Part shown: positions 1 through 15,100 of the stretch, piece after piece
Layout: every line of letters starts with the position of its first letter
Position numbering within the stretch: the first letter of the stretch is position 1
Assembly (NCBI RefSeq): GCF_037042905.1
Contig: NC_087251.1
Span: 2,916,001 to 2,980,000, forward strand
From: Lytechinus pictus
Lineage: Eukaryota
DNA length: 64,000 nt
Reading direction: 5' to 3'
Notes under the pieces: model-generated
Told to the model about the DNA's origin: nothing
What the model saw: the letters and a program-made list of their open reading frames with translations, nothing else
Database searches by the model: none
Program-made: the position numbers and the translations under genes

Positions 1-552
1 TAATCTATTGTAGTGGGCGCACGTACCGACAGTATTCACTGCAGTGTCAGTGCAAATTATATTTTTATGAAAATGAAATCGATCGATGGCCAAAACTGTT
101 GGATAATTTACCTGCTAAAATGGTTAAGGTATACCTCGAAAGAAAGAGAATGACTCGATGAAACAAAGTTTTACAATTAGATCATCGCGGCGGGTATCGC
201 AGCTTCGCAGTGTCAGCCATTGTTATACTGACTGTAGGCTCAAACATGATAGATGGCGCTGTCCGTATTGAGGCCTAGTGTTAGCTAGCGAGACATGTGA
301 TGTTTTTCTTGGGAAACAAAAAGAGAAGGTGATGAAATGTTTGCGCTGCGCCATGATTTACTGGAAAATTATCCTGCCTAAGTCCTTTCGGTGATTTGGG
401 TGAGATATTTTCATGAAAAATAATGCTGTATGTAGACTATATTGGAAGATATATGTAATCAAAGTGAGTTTGTGTATAGGATTGAGTTTAGATTGAAATC
501 TCATTTCCTCACGTACTAGATTGAATTGAAAAAAAAATCTTGGCAAGTGTGC

Positions 553-610
553 GTCCGGATAATAGAGAGATCCGGATAAAGGGAGGCCGGATAACAGAGG
601 TCGGACTGTA
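553..610. mobile_element. Terminal remnant of a Tc1/pogo-type MITE
   Basis: Three CCGGATAA subterminal repeats ending in ...GGACTG-TA. Confidence 0.4.
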
Positions 611-2465
611 ACAACATTTTGAAGATGGGGTAACAGCGGGCACTTTATTCAGATCGGCGTGATCGGCTAGAAATTTTTAACATACTCAAAATTTGATGTC
701 GATCTTCCTGATCAGAAAACACACATTTTGAATCGTGGGGGAAGCTGGAAAAGCGTACATGTAAGCAACATGGCGCACAGTCGTGGGATGAGCGTAATCA
801 GGTCTTTCCTGGCATACTAACAGCGGCATGCGAATGTAATGAATCCCCTGTTCCTTTGGAAAACTTATATTACTGCAAATTATTTTTCGCTGACACCCGG
901 TAAAATGGTTCATTTTCCCCCGATCCTACCCGATCTGAAGGTTTTTTCAAATCGTAGCAACATCGGCATAGTGGAACAGGGGCTTTAGGGGGTCAATTCA
1001 GGGAATATTTATCAAGGGTACCATTTTGTTTCCTGGTTTGTTTCCAATACTTATTTAGGGCAGGGTTTTGCACGCCAATACTCGTTTTTCAGAACATGCA
1101 AAATACTTGTTTAGGATGCTTTTCGAAACCCCATGGTCATGCATGGTATCCACCGGTCAATGGAAGTGGCCCCCCGTGACAGATCTGCATACATGTAGTC
1201 CATGGTTTTGTACCATGGTACGATTGAAACCTCGTTTGAGAATATATACATGCCACAGAGTTTGGAATGTAGTCTTTACTCAAGTACAGTATATTTTGTT
1301 AAATAATCAATTTGAGTCTGTGCTTGCAGACTAGGAACAACTTTTTTAATTTGCTTCAATACTCATCAAAATTTGTACTCAGAATGATATTTTCCTTTCA
1401 TGAAGACATGCAACGAACAATATGCTCTATATATTATGTTTTTATTATGGCCCTGATATGAGGGTGATGAAGAAAACCACACATTCTTGATTGTTAACTA
1501 TATTACAAATGAGGGAGTTATCATACCACCTGTCATATAGTACTCAGCAGTTTTTCAAGTAAAAATTTAGGTAGTCTAATCTCATTTTTCAAACGGCCTT
1601 AACTTTCTTATTCCTCATCCAAATTTCATTCAAATCTCCTCCATTTTTATTCTTTTATTTTTCTCCTTCCACGCATATATTTTATCGCCAAGGTTGGATT
1701 CTCCTTTTCTACATTGACTCTGATAACTATGAAAAATCAATAAGTATGAGTGAGTTGAAATAATCAGAGAGATTGAAATTAACAAATCATGCAAATTGGG
1801 TTTTTATACCACCAGGCAGAAAATTCGGAAACTGGCTGTCTTACATCATTAAATGGTTGCGTGTATACTATAAAGAAAAAGTAATTAAATTCCAAAGTGG
1901 TAAAAATTCACATTGGAGTCACAACCATTTATCATATTTGATTGAAATTAATATCTATTCATAATTAAACATTGAGGAATAATGAAATGTTTCTTTTTTT
2001 CTCAGTATTATAAAGAAAAACTCTGCTGAATGGACATCAACCCCATAATGAGAAATATTTTGGTTAAGCCCTTATCAAATAAATATAACATATAGATTGA
2101 GAAGTAACTGCAATGAAAATATGTTAATAACTTACTGTATTCATAGGACTTTGACTTGGTACATATTGGTCTCTGAATGATGTCATCAAAACAGACATTT
2201 TTGCCTGAGAAATACAGTACATGTATGTATTTTATGAAATTCATTATTATTGTAAAGGAAATGAATAGTCATCAAAGTCAGGATTAAGATTAGAACTTCT
2301 TTACCTCAGATATCCTGTTAATATGATTTGTATGTAAATCTAATAGCTGTGTAATTTATCAACTATCTGAAAAATTGATTTGATGTGTTCTATACCCTTT
2401 CTTCTGAAGCACTGGAATTAGATTGTATTAAATGTGAATACATTTTCATTTTGCTCTGTTTGTAG

Positions 2466-2514
2466 GAACTTACCCAGAAGTAGTAAGAGTCTTTCTACTT
2501 CAGACATAGATGAG
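2466..2514 (+). CDS. RIN2: Possible upstream RIN exon (NLPRSSKSLSTSDIDE)
   Basis: Pyrimidine tract + TAG acceptor at 2465, open frame ending in phase 0 compatible with exon 2916; weak donor gtgaag. Confidence 0.4.
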
Positions 2515-2915
2515 GTGAAGTATATTATGTTCCTTTTGTGTAATGACACAGCAATTAATCTCCCTGTACAGAAGCATAATATCAATACCCCATGATGATG
2601 TAGCTATATACCCTTATGTTACAGTCATACCAATGAAACTGACTCCAAACAGGCCAATAGTTGGTTATTTACTCAGTCTGGAGTCTGTTCCGCCAAGGTG
2701 ACTGTGGGGTATTACCCCGCTTTCAGACAAGCCTGACGTATTATCAAGATAGATATTGGACATATGGATAGAGGACCCTTTCTTGTGTCTGAATACTGAT
2801 ATACAAGAATATAAATAACTTAAATACTGTATAGGAAATAAAATGAGAAATACATATTTGCATTATCTGTGTGATTTTAGATGATAATTTTGGGCATTAC
2901 ATCTGTTTATTTTAG

Positions 2916-3155
2916 TTTTGTTCAACTGGTGTGTCATCATCATCAGGCAGTAATCACATCTCCGCTCCAGAGCCATTGATTCTATTGGACCCTATCATTC
3001 ATAATAAATCAGAATACAAGGCTTCTCTAAGCCATTCTATGCCTGATAATACCCTGACGATGATGACTCGTTTAGTCCATACTAAACCAATTTGGTATTT
3101 ACCACACACTCAAAGGGCTGCAGCAGCACATTATCTACAGGGTCAACCTGTTGGG
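2916..3155 (+). CDS. RIN2: RIN exon, SH2 N-terminal part
   Basis: ttttag acceptor, GGG|gtgagt donor; RLVHTKPIWYLPHTQRAAAAHYLQGQPVG resembles the RIN SH2 start. Confidence 0.88.
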
Positions 3156-6100
3156 GTGAGTACTTCCATTCTAATTACGTTCTTTGATCATCTAATTTGC
3201 CAACACTGACAAGTTGACATAATCTGACAGTTACCATAGTAACAATCAGATACTACATTTGCTTCTCTGCCAATCAAAATAAAGGAAAGATTTCATTAAA
3301 GCCCTATTTTAATTTTCAATTGGTTTAATAAAAACAAAATATTCTTGTCCTCAGAATTATATTAGAAAACATACATTTGTTTTTTTACCACCATTTGATA
3401 TCCCATTCAGATTTTGTGGGGTAAAAGTTTTCAGGTTGGTGGTACTTTACGAAGCAATGTAATTGGTGTTCTTGAATAGCAGAATCTCAATGTTATAATT
3501 TTTTTGCAGACGTTTGTGGTGCGACAGGCAAGGCAGAAAGATAAACTGTCTTTGACTATGAAGCATCCTGGTTCAGGAAAGGGTCCATATATTGAGAGTT
3601 ACCCCATTGAAACCACAGTGCAAGGTAATTAAATCACAGTTTTAGTCAGAGTTGAGTGTCTGTTTATCCCTAATTGTCTCTATTTTAATGCAATTATGTG
3701 ACATTATTCTTTGCCAGGAGGGTTTGATTACATAGTTTTGTACTTAGGAAAGATTGAAATCCAGATTATGAATTCCATTTTTTTTTTTAATTTGCTGAGG
3801 AAAAATACACTGACAGAATTTAGTGCATAAATAGATGGAGACTTTCAGCTCTTAACAATGTTTTTGTGATTTCTTTGTTTGGCATTAAGTTGGCCAAGAT
3901 TGTTATGTCAGGAAAAGCTGTTATACCCCATCTGAATGCAGATAATTAAACTTGTCCAGAGATGTATAGGTTTCATCAATTTCATGATATCTCAATGTGT
4001 TTGTATTGAAGAAGATCATGTACATTGTGTGGATAAAAAAATTAAGAATTTCAAAAGTACTCACCTCTGGTAGAAGACTATTTTCATATTATACTAAAAA
4101 GTGATTGACTTCAGGACCATGTTCTTTGTTGTCATTGCAGGAGTTAAGTTGTCCAAGGGAGACATGGTGTTTCCTCTGTTGGATAACCTTATAGCATACC
4201 ACATGCAAACTGAGGCTCAATTACCATGCCTACTGACTCTTCCCAAAGCAGTTATGGCAGCAAGGAATTTGAGAGAAATTCAGTCTTTGGCACTACTTGA
4301 GGAAGGTATTAATCATCAACCCTGATACTTTTTGGCAATTTTTTCAATTTGTTTTCATTCATGAATGCTTGGAACGTGCAGTTGCATCACACGAAAGACA
4401 TATTATTAGTTGTGATAGTAAAATTTTTATATAAAAAAAATGACAAATGTTACTTTTCTAGAACAACTATATTCATATAAATATGGTTCAAAATTTTCTG
4501 CTGTCTCAGATGACACTATGGATGTTAATGCTCTATTATACATGTATAATGTTTCAGTCTACATGGGGAGGGGTTATCCCCCTCCCCCTATGATATTTTA
4601 AGCAGTCAAACAAAAAATATGAGAAAAGATAAAAGGATTATTGAATTTGAGAGAGGGAAAAAAAGAGAACATCGAAAGAGTGGTATAGGTCATGTAACTC
4701 TATATTACCCCTGTAGTTGCTTTGAGAAAAATTAGATAATAATAATAATAGGCAATGATATAGCGCCATCTATCTAGAAATATTATATTCCGAGGTGCAC
4801 AAGAAAAGAAAGAATGAGAAAGTTTGGATGAGTGTTAAAGTGCCAATAACTAATACTGTTAGAAAAGATAAGACTTCAGTTTAGATTTTAAGGTCTCCAG
4901 TGATGGTATAGTTCTTAAATTCAATGGCAAATTATTCCAGAGAGAAGGTGCTGAGGCAGAGAAAGCTCACACACCATATTCTACACGTGTCCTGGGGGTC
5001 TGAAGATTAAGTTTTAAAATTAAGTTTTCTTACAACCCTTTTAAAATACTGTGGTGCTGCTTTGGTCAGTTTATCACTAGTGTTTACCATGTTTTGTTTT
5101 TCAGATTTCTGGAAGTCATTACACAGCAGACCACCAACACCAAAAGATTTATTCAATAATGTTTCTTTGATGCATCTTTCGCCAACATTATCAAAACCGA
5201 GTATGTCAGTAACCAGCTCTATGAATAAGCAACAAGATCAGTCAAACATAACATATCCTGCCGACAGGCTGTCAAGTAAGGCAGATGTTCCAGGCATGTA
5301 TGGTATCATTAATACTACACCTCCTGCTATTTATGCTAATACCAATGACAATAAGGATTCAATGAAACCTATAAGGAACTCAATCCATGATTTATCAACA
5401 CATGGAAGAAGTAGCTTCAATCCACTTGCAAGCTTACAGAGACCATCTTCAGAATTTGATCGTCAAGATATGCGTTTTAGCAGTGCTAGTGAGTTTGAAT
5501 TTGTAACATCTACAAGTGAACAGCGATACCCTCCACCTAGATGTGCACCCCCTCCTCCACCACGTGGAGAGGAACCCTTCAAAATGCCACCCTCTTCAAG
5601 ATATACTTGGTCACTTTCTTCAGACAATGTCCAGTATTGTTTGCCACATGACCAGCCTTATTTGCCACCTAAGCAAAAATCACAAGAGAAATCAGTGCTC
5701 CAGAATACAGGTCAGGATGCTTATAGAACACCGGCTTTTGATAGGACAAGAAAGAATCCTAGTGTTACCTCATTGATTACTCAGCAACATGGTAATTACA
5801 GAACCCCTCCCACACCTGCTAGTTGTAGACAATCTAAATCCCATTATGACTCACAGGAGCCTCTAAATGCCTCAAGGGCAACAGAACAAATTCAAAACAT
5901 CCTGCAGCCGTTAACTACATGCAGCAACAGCAGCAGCAGCAGTACTGAACCCGTACCATGGCATGCCCTTCCAGAATTTGACCCACTGTTTTGCACAAGT
6001 GAAAACAGGGAGATATCTCAACACACAGATATTGCTTCAGATCTTATGAGAGACTGCTTGCTTGGAGATATTCAATATGAGATCGAGGAATTAGCAGACA

Positions 6101-9100
6101 GCACTAACAACAATAGAAACTCAGATCAAATGGCACCTATGTCTAATTATCCAGTAAGGACTACATGTGAAATACCTAATCTCATTAAAGTGAATGATGA
6201 GGATTCAGAAGAGGGAGGAACAGCTTCTGATCAGGAAATTGAAGACATTCTTAAGAATGAATCTTTGGACAGTTCTTACCAATCAGACTCTGAATTGAAT
6301 CCATCAAGTTCATTTAGTGAGGGTGTAGCTTTCACAGAGAATGAGAATGGTAATCATCTCTTACTCAGTCAATCATTGGAATTTAGTACAGCAGAAAGAA
6401 GTGAGGTGGAACAGTCTGGTGAAGAAGATAAGAAGGATGATAAGAGGATTAAATCCGGACTTTCACATTTCAAGAAGCTCAGATTACTTGGTAAGTTTAC
6501 ATTCATTTCTATTACTAAAATAAATCAAAATTTAAGGTTAAAGTGCAGGATTCAACTATTTTCGTCCTAATGAGATTTCAATCACGATCTTTATTAAAAA
6601 GATTTTTATGCAATAACTTATTCATCCAAAATACAACATGGATTGACAATTTGACTTTTTTCAATGAGTGAGGCATAGATGTCCATAAATGGTGAAACGC
6701 AAGGTGAAAACTGAGAGCAGTTTCCTTCTTAACAGCAACTTATCGGCTTAATATGTATCCTTCTCTAATTTTAATCCTGTTCAGAATTTCCCTGTAACAA
6801 GAAAAACTGTTTGCGACAATAAAGATTGTTTCAAGAACTTCCTGGCAACATTTAACAAACATTTTGGTATCTTTTACAGATCCTAGCAAAATCCCAAATT
6901 CCAAATGTTTGCAAACATTTGCCACTTAGTGATCTGCCCCCTTGACTTCCATGGATGATATTTGTCCACAATTATTTACCTTTGATTTAACTTGTTTTCA
7001 TGTTCAAAACTGTATGTATCTCCTCCGTATCACAGCTAAGAAAAGTTCGCGTGGAGCTACTAAGAAACTGCATAGGATATCAGGGAAGAGCAAGAAGAGA
7101 GATGCTAGTACTGACATTCAAGAAGCAATACTAAGGTAACATGTAGACGAATGCTCAATATAACCATATTGACCTATTTTCTGAAGTCCAGTCCAGTTTA
7201 ACTCCAACCACGGTCTTATTCTGAGCTAAGATTATGGGAAGCCAAAAATGTCAAATTTGTATGTACTTTATATTTTTTATAATCTTTACTGTGCTCTTTC
7301 CCCATGCTTTGATGGTGAAGAAAACTATTTTTGTATTCCCAGATAGAATGATGTGTAAGAAGGAATAGTCTGATTTGTTAGACCCCTATTATTTTAACTT
7401 AAGTAATGATAGAGATAATAGATGTTGTTACTCTGGTCAGAAAATATTTTCTTTGGAAATAAGTGTATTGACCTATACTACATGTATACAGATATAAATA
7501 ATTATCATGAAGATGTTGTTTGTTAGTGGGAGAGATAGCACTTTGGATGTTAAACTACTTAGTTAGATGTAAATGACTTTATTAATTGATGCTAGATTAT
7601 ATGTTACAAACACAGGCAACATTTGCTTGAGCAATATTGGTTAAAAAATGGCTGAAATTGGTGAAATACAAACAGTGAATCTTGTATGTGGATATCATGT
7701 GTGAAGAACCAATGAGATCTCTGTTGCTGCGAAAAGGTGTGCGATCTGTGTGCGCATTTCATGCAGGAATATCTAAGCAGAAATCATTGGAGCTTGGTGT
7801 ATTTTTTAATTCTTAATATGTGAAATTTGAATCATTTACTTTAAAGTTTTCAGATTATATGAATATAATGTCAAATGGTGTCTCGCTTGAATGATTTTAT
7901 GAAATTTGGACAAGTTTTTATCATTTTGTCATGATAGCCTTTAACAGTGATGTTTGGATTGTTTTTATGTATAGAGTGGCCGGAAATAAAAGCATTGGTC
8001 TTGGAGCTCTGTTACATGGATTTATCAGGACACAGGAAGAGAAATGTGAGAGTGATAAACCTGACATTGTACTAAGAAGCATCAGACAATTTATGAGTGG
8101 AACAAAGAATTATCTTCTCAACAAAAGAGAACCAGAAATTGATGTTGTCATTGACAGGGTGAGTAAATATAATCAACAAAAGTAATGATTTGCTCTCTCA
8201 TAACAATTTTCATCACAGTCCATATGGGTCGGGAGATTTTTTAATTTCTTCTTGAAAATCTAATAAGATGCCCTTTAGAGGAAATCTTCAGCCATATTCA
8301 GACTGTATATTGGCAAAGATCTACTCAAATCTTTTCCATGAAATTGCAAGATTACCACTGCAGTATTATAACTATAAACACTTAAATTTAACATGACATG
8401 TTCCTAAATTATCTCATAGCAAAGAAATGTACATGTAAATAATGCATTTAAATATTACTTTAAAGGACCCCTTCAACCCAAATTCAAGTTGATTCCTATT
8501 GATCTACAGATCTTAATACAATAGTCCCTTAAATATCCAAGTTTTCATAGATCAAATAATTACAATAGTTAGAAAAGGAGCTACCCCTTTAAAAAGTATC
8601 AATATGATTTATGATAGAGAATGTTATGTAACTTTCCACAACCCAGCACATGCTCACAATTAAATCCCATGGTTAATACTATACACCACCTTTCTGTTGC
8701 TTGTCATGCTATGGTATGTACGTATTACATTGCACCTGTTATGTTGACAGGCGGACAGTTCTGTCCAAGCTTCATACCCTTGCTGTCCCTTTGTTAGCCC
8801 ACTTCATGATGTAATATTTGGCTGATGATGTTACTATGAAGCATGTTAGAACTGTTTCAAGGGTACTACAACCTGTACCTTGTATTTGAAATTTGTACTC
8901 ATGCCCTCTACTCATGTGGAGTATTTGTATAAGTGTTCATTCATTTAAATGCTCATGTACTACACATTTGTATACTTATAAATTTGTATAATATGTTCAT
9001 GTACTTATATATTTGTAAACTCATATAATTGTATACTCATTTATTTGTATATTCATTCATTTCTAATGAATTATTTACTCATTTTTGTAGATGTATTAAA

Positions 9101-12100
9101 ATCAGTTGTCTCCAGGTACCTCTTATGGGGTGCCTGGATACAGTACCTATTTTACTATTTTCTCTGTACCAAACTCACGTGCACTGAGAAAATGACCTTG
9201 ATGTCCAATGTATGCCTTGTGATTCTTTTTATTTCTATTGTAATTTATGTTCATTTCAATAATAGAATCGGTTTACCAACCCTCAAGAACCTTACGATCC
9301 TCATCATCTAATCTCTTACAAATTCCAGTTGCTAAGAAATCATGCGGGGAAATGGGCCTTTGCTCATGCAGGGCCTAACCTGTGGAATTCTCTTCCACAG
9401 AGTTTGAAAACCCAGACTTCAGCAACCACCTTCAAAGGCAGCCTGAAAACATACCTGTTTAAGAGTGCTTTGTGATAGACATTGACTTATTGTTCAGACA
9501 TATATGTAAATAGCTTTTGTTGTTGTTGTGCTCTGAAGTGCCTTGAGCATCTCATCAAGATGGAAAGTGCGCTATACAAACCTCATGTATTATTTACTTA
9601 TTGTTATTTTTTCCACTTATTTATTTTGTATACCCATTTATATGTTTACTCATTTAGTAATATATAATTCATTTGATCAGTCTTGTAAACTTCTCTGACT
9701 GCTCCCCCCCCCCCTTCCTCCTGGTGTTTCTTGAGAAAATACTTTCAAATATGTATTTGTAGGAATCCATGAAATATAAATGTATGTTCATGTATACACA
9801 AACATATTTTTAAAGATAACATGTTTGAGTATTGTATTGCATATTAATCTATTCTTTATACAGCACATGGATGAGTTGGATCTAGCAAGTTTGGAAGCCA
9901 TTGTTGAGAGTGCTCTGTATCAATGTGTCCTGGAACCTTTGAAATCAGATATAGGAATGAGCTGCATCAATGAATATAACAGGTCAGATAATAATTTGAT
10001 ATATCACCCATACATAGGAATGAGCTGCATCAATGAATATTACAGGTTTATAGACAATAGTTTTATATATAACCCATACATAGGAATGAGCTGCATCAAT
10101 GAATATAACAGGTTAGACAATAGTTTTATATATCATCCATATGTAGGAATAAGCTGCATCAATCAATATAACAGGTCAGATAATAGTTTTATATATCACC
10201 CATACATTGGAATGAGCTGCATCAATGAATATAACAGGTCAGATAATAGTTTTATATATCATCTATATGTAGGAATAAGCTGCATCAATCAATAAAACGG
10301 GTTAGACCATAGTTTTATGTTTAATTTCAGTTCAAGTTTATTTTTCTCTCTGCATAAAATAATAAAGTATATGACAAACAAAGTATACATAACATCAAAG
10401 ACATACAAGTTTACAAGAAATAAAAAAAAGCATTGAGAGAGAAGCAGCCAAAAAGGAGAAAATTTCCTTATAATGCGGCGACCCAACTTACTTTATAAAG
10501 AATTACAATTATTATTGACAATATCAAAAGTTACAAAATATATTAAACAATTAGAAAACATTACAGAGACATAGAGACACAAGTGGTATGATTTAAATTA
10601 TATATAAAAATATTTACAAACGGGTTTAATTATCATTTAAGAAATTTCTAAAGTTATGATTGAAAATGAACAAGATGTTTTCACATTAAACGGCAAAGAA
10701 TTCCAAAGTACTGGGTCATGAAAGAAAATAGATTTATGCGAAAGGCAAGTTCTTATTTTAGGAAAGTGAAAGTTTGCATTATTTCTAGAAGGATATTCAT
10801 GAATATTACAATTTGATTTTAAACATTTCAATAAAATGATGGTAAAAGTCCTTTAGAACATAGACACATAAAAAGTCCCATTTCATACTTGTACATATCA
10901 TAAATATTTTAAATTTTAAGTGAATGAAAAATAAGATAAGAATGGGCATAAAAAGGGGAGTTGTTTATAATTCTGACGGCTTATTTTTGAAGTTTATGTA
11001 ATCTCTCTAAATGAATATTCGCAGCGCTTCCCAAGCAAGAATGCCATCATTTAAAAAAGGTGATATTATAACATAATACAGCATTTTATGGTGGAAAATA
11101 ATGCAATTTGTACATTACCCCTATATTCTTAGATATCTTGTGGCAGATGGCATCAATGTTATTATCATTTACAACATAAAGAAACTTTTTAAATGAAACT
11201 TCTTTTATTATTGAACCAAACTATTTTATATGGATATCATTAGAATTTATTTCTTTAGTTGTAATTATCATAAAGTTAGTTTTAGAAGCATTGAGGGATA
11301 ATTTGTTAAAGTATAACCAATTGATAACCTATAATTCACCCAGATAGAGGAATGAGCTGCATCAATGAATATAACGGGTCAGATATATAAAAAAGATATA
11401 TTTATTAAATTAAATTAATAATTACAGTGAGCTCTTCTTGATTTCTTCTGATTAGGAATGGATCAATGGCCTTAATGGATCACAATATCATGCAAGCAAA
11501 GAAAAGAACACCAGAGGAACTAGGAATAAAGGTATTATCAATATCTCATTTCATTTTGGGATTGTTTATATAGATCAAAAGCACTCAGTATATGCATAAA
11601 ATATGTGTGTATGTGTAAAAGTAATTGAAAATATTATTTGCACTGGCTCTGGTATTGAAGATCAGGGCACCATTTCTCTAAGAGAACAATAAGTCAGTTC
11701 ACAATAAATGATGTCTTCAATGATTTTGAATACATCCACAGATATTTCAAACACAGAAAGGTTCAATTGTTTGCACTTAGAATAATCTCTCCCAAAAAAG
11801 ACTGTGCGATGGCCGCGTTTTTCTCACAGTTTCAATTACTTGGTCAGGGGTATTAACTCAAGTTAACTTTAACAGATTTGTCTTTCCATATTAATTACCG
11901 GTATATAACTTTAACAGCATCATGCAACTAATTAAACTGCTATTCTTCTTCTCTGTTGAATTCCACCGTTCACCGGAATTCTCCTGGTGTTTATAAGAAA
12001 TGTCCAATATGTATTGTTGCATTACTTACCTGTATTTATTTTTCCGTGATAAATTTGTCATATATTATTCTAAATATAAGCCGCAAGGTAAATTTTATGT

Positions 12101-15100
12101 ACTTGTGTTTATGCAGTGAAGAATACTTCTAGTGGTAAATTTATATGAAATGGGTATATTAATTTTTCCTCTCATAATGTTAAAAACATGGCTTGATTCT
12201 ACATAGAAAATTTTTCTAATATAGTATTAAATACCCATTGAGTGGCATCAATTTCTACAATTTTGAATTGCAATAACACATTAATTTAGGTTTTTAGTAA
12301 AGTGATAATTTTTTGTAGTTATGTATTTATTGAATATAGCATATTTACAATATAGTTACAAAGATCTTCATGAAAAGGTATAAAAGGTTTATGTAACTTA
12401 CACAAAATGATATAACACGGTCACAATACAAGACAACGCATCACAACTAACCTACATTGACAGCACCAGACAGTACAAGACAACACAAGACGTCGTTTCT
12501 CTAAAAAGTAAGACATTGATATATACATGTAAATGATTGTCATTATTCCAAATAATTTGATTGATTGCAGGCAAACTACATTCCACCTGAAGGAGAAGAT
12601 CTAGATATGATTAGACAACTCTTTTCACAACTTCAAGAGGCTTATTCTCCAATCAATAAAATGGATTTACTTTTAAACATTGTATCTGCAATATACAAAT
12701 CAGTAAGTAAACAAATTATTAACCATTTTTAATATCATACAGTACTTCCACCACCCTCCTTTTTAATTATTGTGAATTGAGGTAAAGTAGTGACTTTATA
12801 ATGTTCTTATATTTATATTGTGGAATTTCTATAAAATAATTTCTTCAGCTGTGCATTCCATAATGAAGAGAGCAATGTTTGATTTATTATTAATTGATAG
12901 TGTAAATTATTGTTACTTTGTTGAATATGTAAATCGAAATTCAAGGATGAGTCTGTGGAATGCCTTGTCATTCAAAGATGTTTTAGGGGGACTTTTGAAA
13001 ATGTTAACTGATCACATATCTTACTTTAAAGGTCAAGTCACCCCAGAAAAATGTTGATTTGAATAAATAGAGAAAAATAAAACTAGCATAATGGTGAAAA
13101 TTCGATCAAAATTGGATGTAAAATAAGAAAGTTATGACATTTTAAAGTTTCGCTCATTTTTTACAAAACAGTTATATGCACAACTCAGTGGTATGCAAAT
13201 AAGAGAGTCGATGATGTACATCACTCACTATTTCTTTTGTTTTTTAATGTTTGAATTATACAATATTTCAATTTTTACCAATTTGACCTCAAGGACCAAC
13301 TTAACTGAACCATAAAATGTTATAACAATGGTAATGCCGCATGTTCAGGGAGGAATAAAACTTGGTTTCACATGACAATGAGGAGAAAATTAGAATATTT
13401 CATATAATAAATACAAAAGAAATAGTGAGTGAGTAATGTCATCAGTTCCCTCATTTGCATACCGACCAGGATGTGCATATAACTGTTTTGTGAAATGAAG
13501 CGAAAAGTTTAAAATGTCATAACTTTCTTATTCAAAATCAGATTTTGATGAAATTTTCAGTGCTGTGCTTGTTGGAATTTTCTCTCTTTATTCAAATCAA
13601 CTATTTGTTGGGGTGGACTTGTCCTTTAGTTACACATCTTACAACGGATCAAAACTTTCAATATGAATAATCTTTGCATTCCCCAAAATTTAATTGAGGC
13701 TTTAACCCCCCCCCCCCTTTTTTGCAGGTCCAAGATAGAACCAGTGGAGAATCAGTAACAAACTCAATGGGAGCTGATGGTATGTATGAATCATTGACTC
13801 ATCTTTTATGGTTGTCTTTATCTATTTCTCTTTTGTTTTTGTCTGTACAGTAAATGTCCACTTGGTTTGCAACCATTTTGTCTTTCTGTTTGGTTTCATC
13901 CTAGTTCATATACAACCATTAACTTTTTACAAAAAGATTTTGAGAATGATAGCTTGGCTACAAGTCATTTCATGTCCAAAACTTGGATAAAAATTAATAT
14001 TTTGTCATAGTTTCTGAACTAAATTGTCATATCCATTCATTTCCTTATTCCTTGAAGCTTGGATATACAATTATGTGAAATGTATTAAGTTTCCAAGTTA
14101 AGGTCCAATGTCATCTGAGGTCAATGACTTTTGATTTTGTTATCAAATTAATGGGTTGTTATTTTTCTTATTTTGAAATATTATTCATCAGCAATACTTA
14201 CTTTGCCAGTTAGACTGACAAAGAAATTTAACTTTGTAACACTTTTGTTAAAGTCCCTGTTTCTTTTTTTTCTTCAGATTTCCTTCCAATGCTAATTTAT
14301 GTATTAGTACAATGTGAGATGATAAGCATAGAGATAGAGGCAGACTACATGTGGGGTCTTCTTGACCCTTCTATGTTATCAGGAGAGGGTGGATATTATC
14401 TGACAACACTCAGTAGTGCAAGTGAGTATATTCAGTTACTCATCATCAGTTTGAACAAACACCGCTTCACCTGATTTCTTCAAAATATTCCTGAGGTAGA
14501 ATGGTCTGTGAAAGCATCTAAATTGTTATTTTGCTGGTCCCCAATGGCTTAATAGTTGTATTTTCTTGGAATATTTTCACAGAGCCCACCATCTAACGAA
14601 ATACGGACAGGAAGAATTGCTCCTTAGAAAAATACTTCTTAGTTGTTATCGTTAAAGCAGTTGAATGTTTCATTAAAATGCAAATAGGCAGATATCATTT
14701 GATCAAAGAAAGAAGGCATTGAGTGCCTGTCCGTAGTGTAATGTAGTATGCTTAGTGTTTGAGTTTGTAAGTTTTTACTGGAATGCTCCCAAGGGAATGG
14801 GAAAGTACACACTTAGTGTGCAGACAAATTAGGATCAGATGACATGGGTAGAAATATATCTTTAGAATGTGCAGATGTGTTCTTAACAAACATGTGAAGC
14901 ACTGTGAAATATGAACTTTCTTCCTATTTCTCTGCATGTTTTGGCACGGCTCTGTACATAAAATATGTCCTGATACTTATTTGTAAATTGGAGTATTGCT
15001 TCCTAGTTCCTTCTTAATGTTGGCACTAATCTTATGTCCATGTTTTCCTTCACATGCATGCTAGAAACATATAATATCACACATTCATTGCCTTTCTTCA

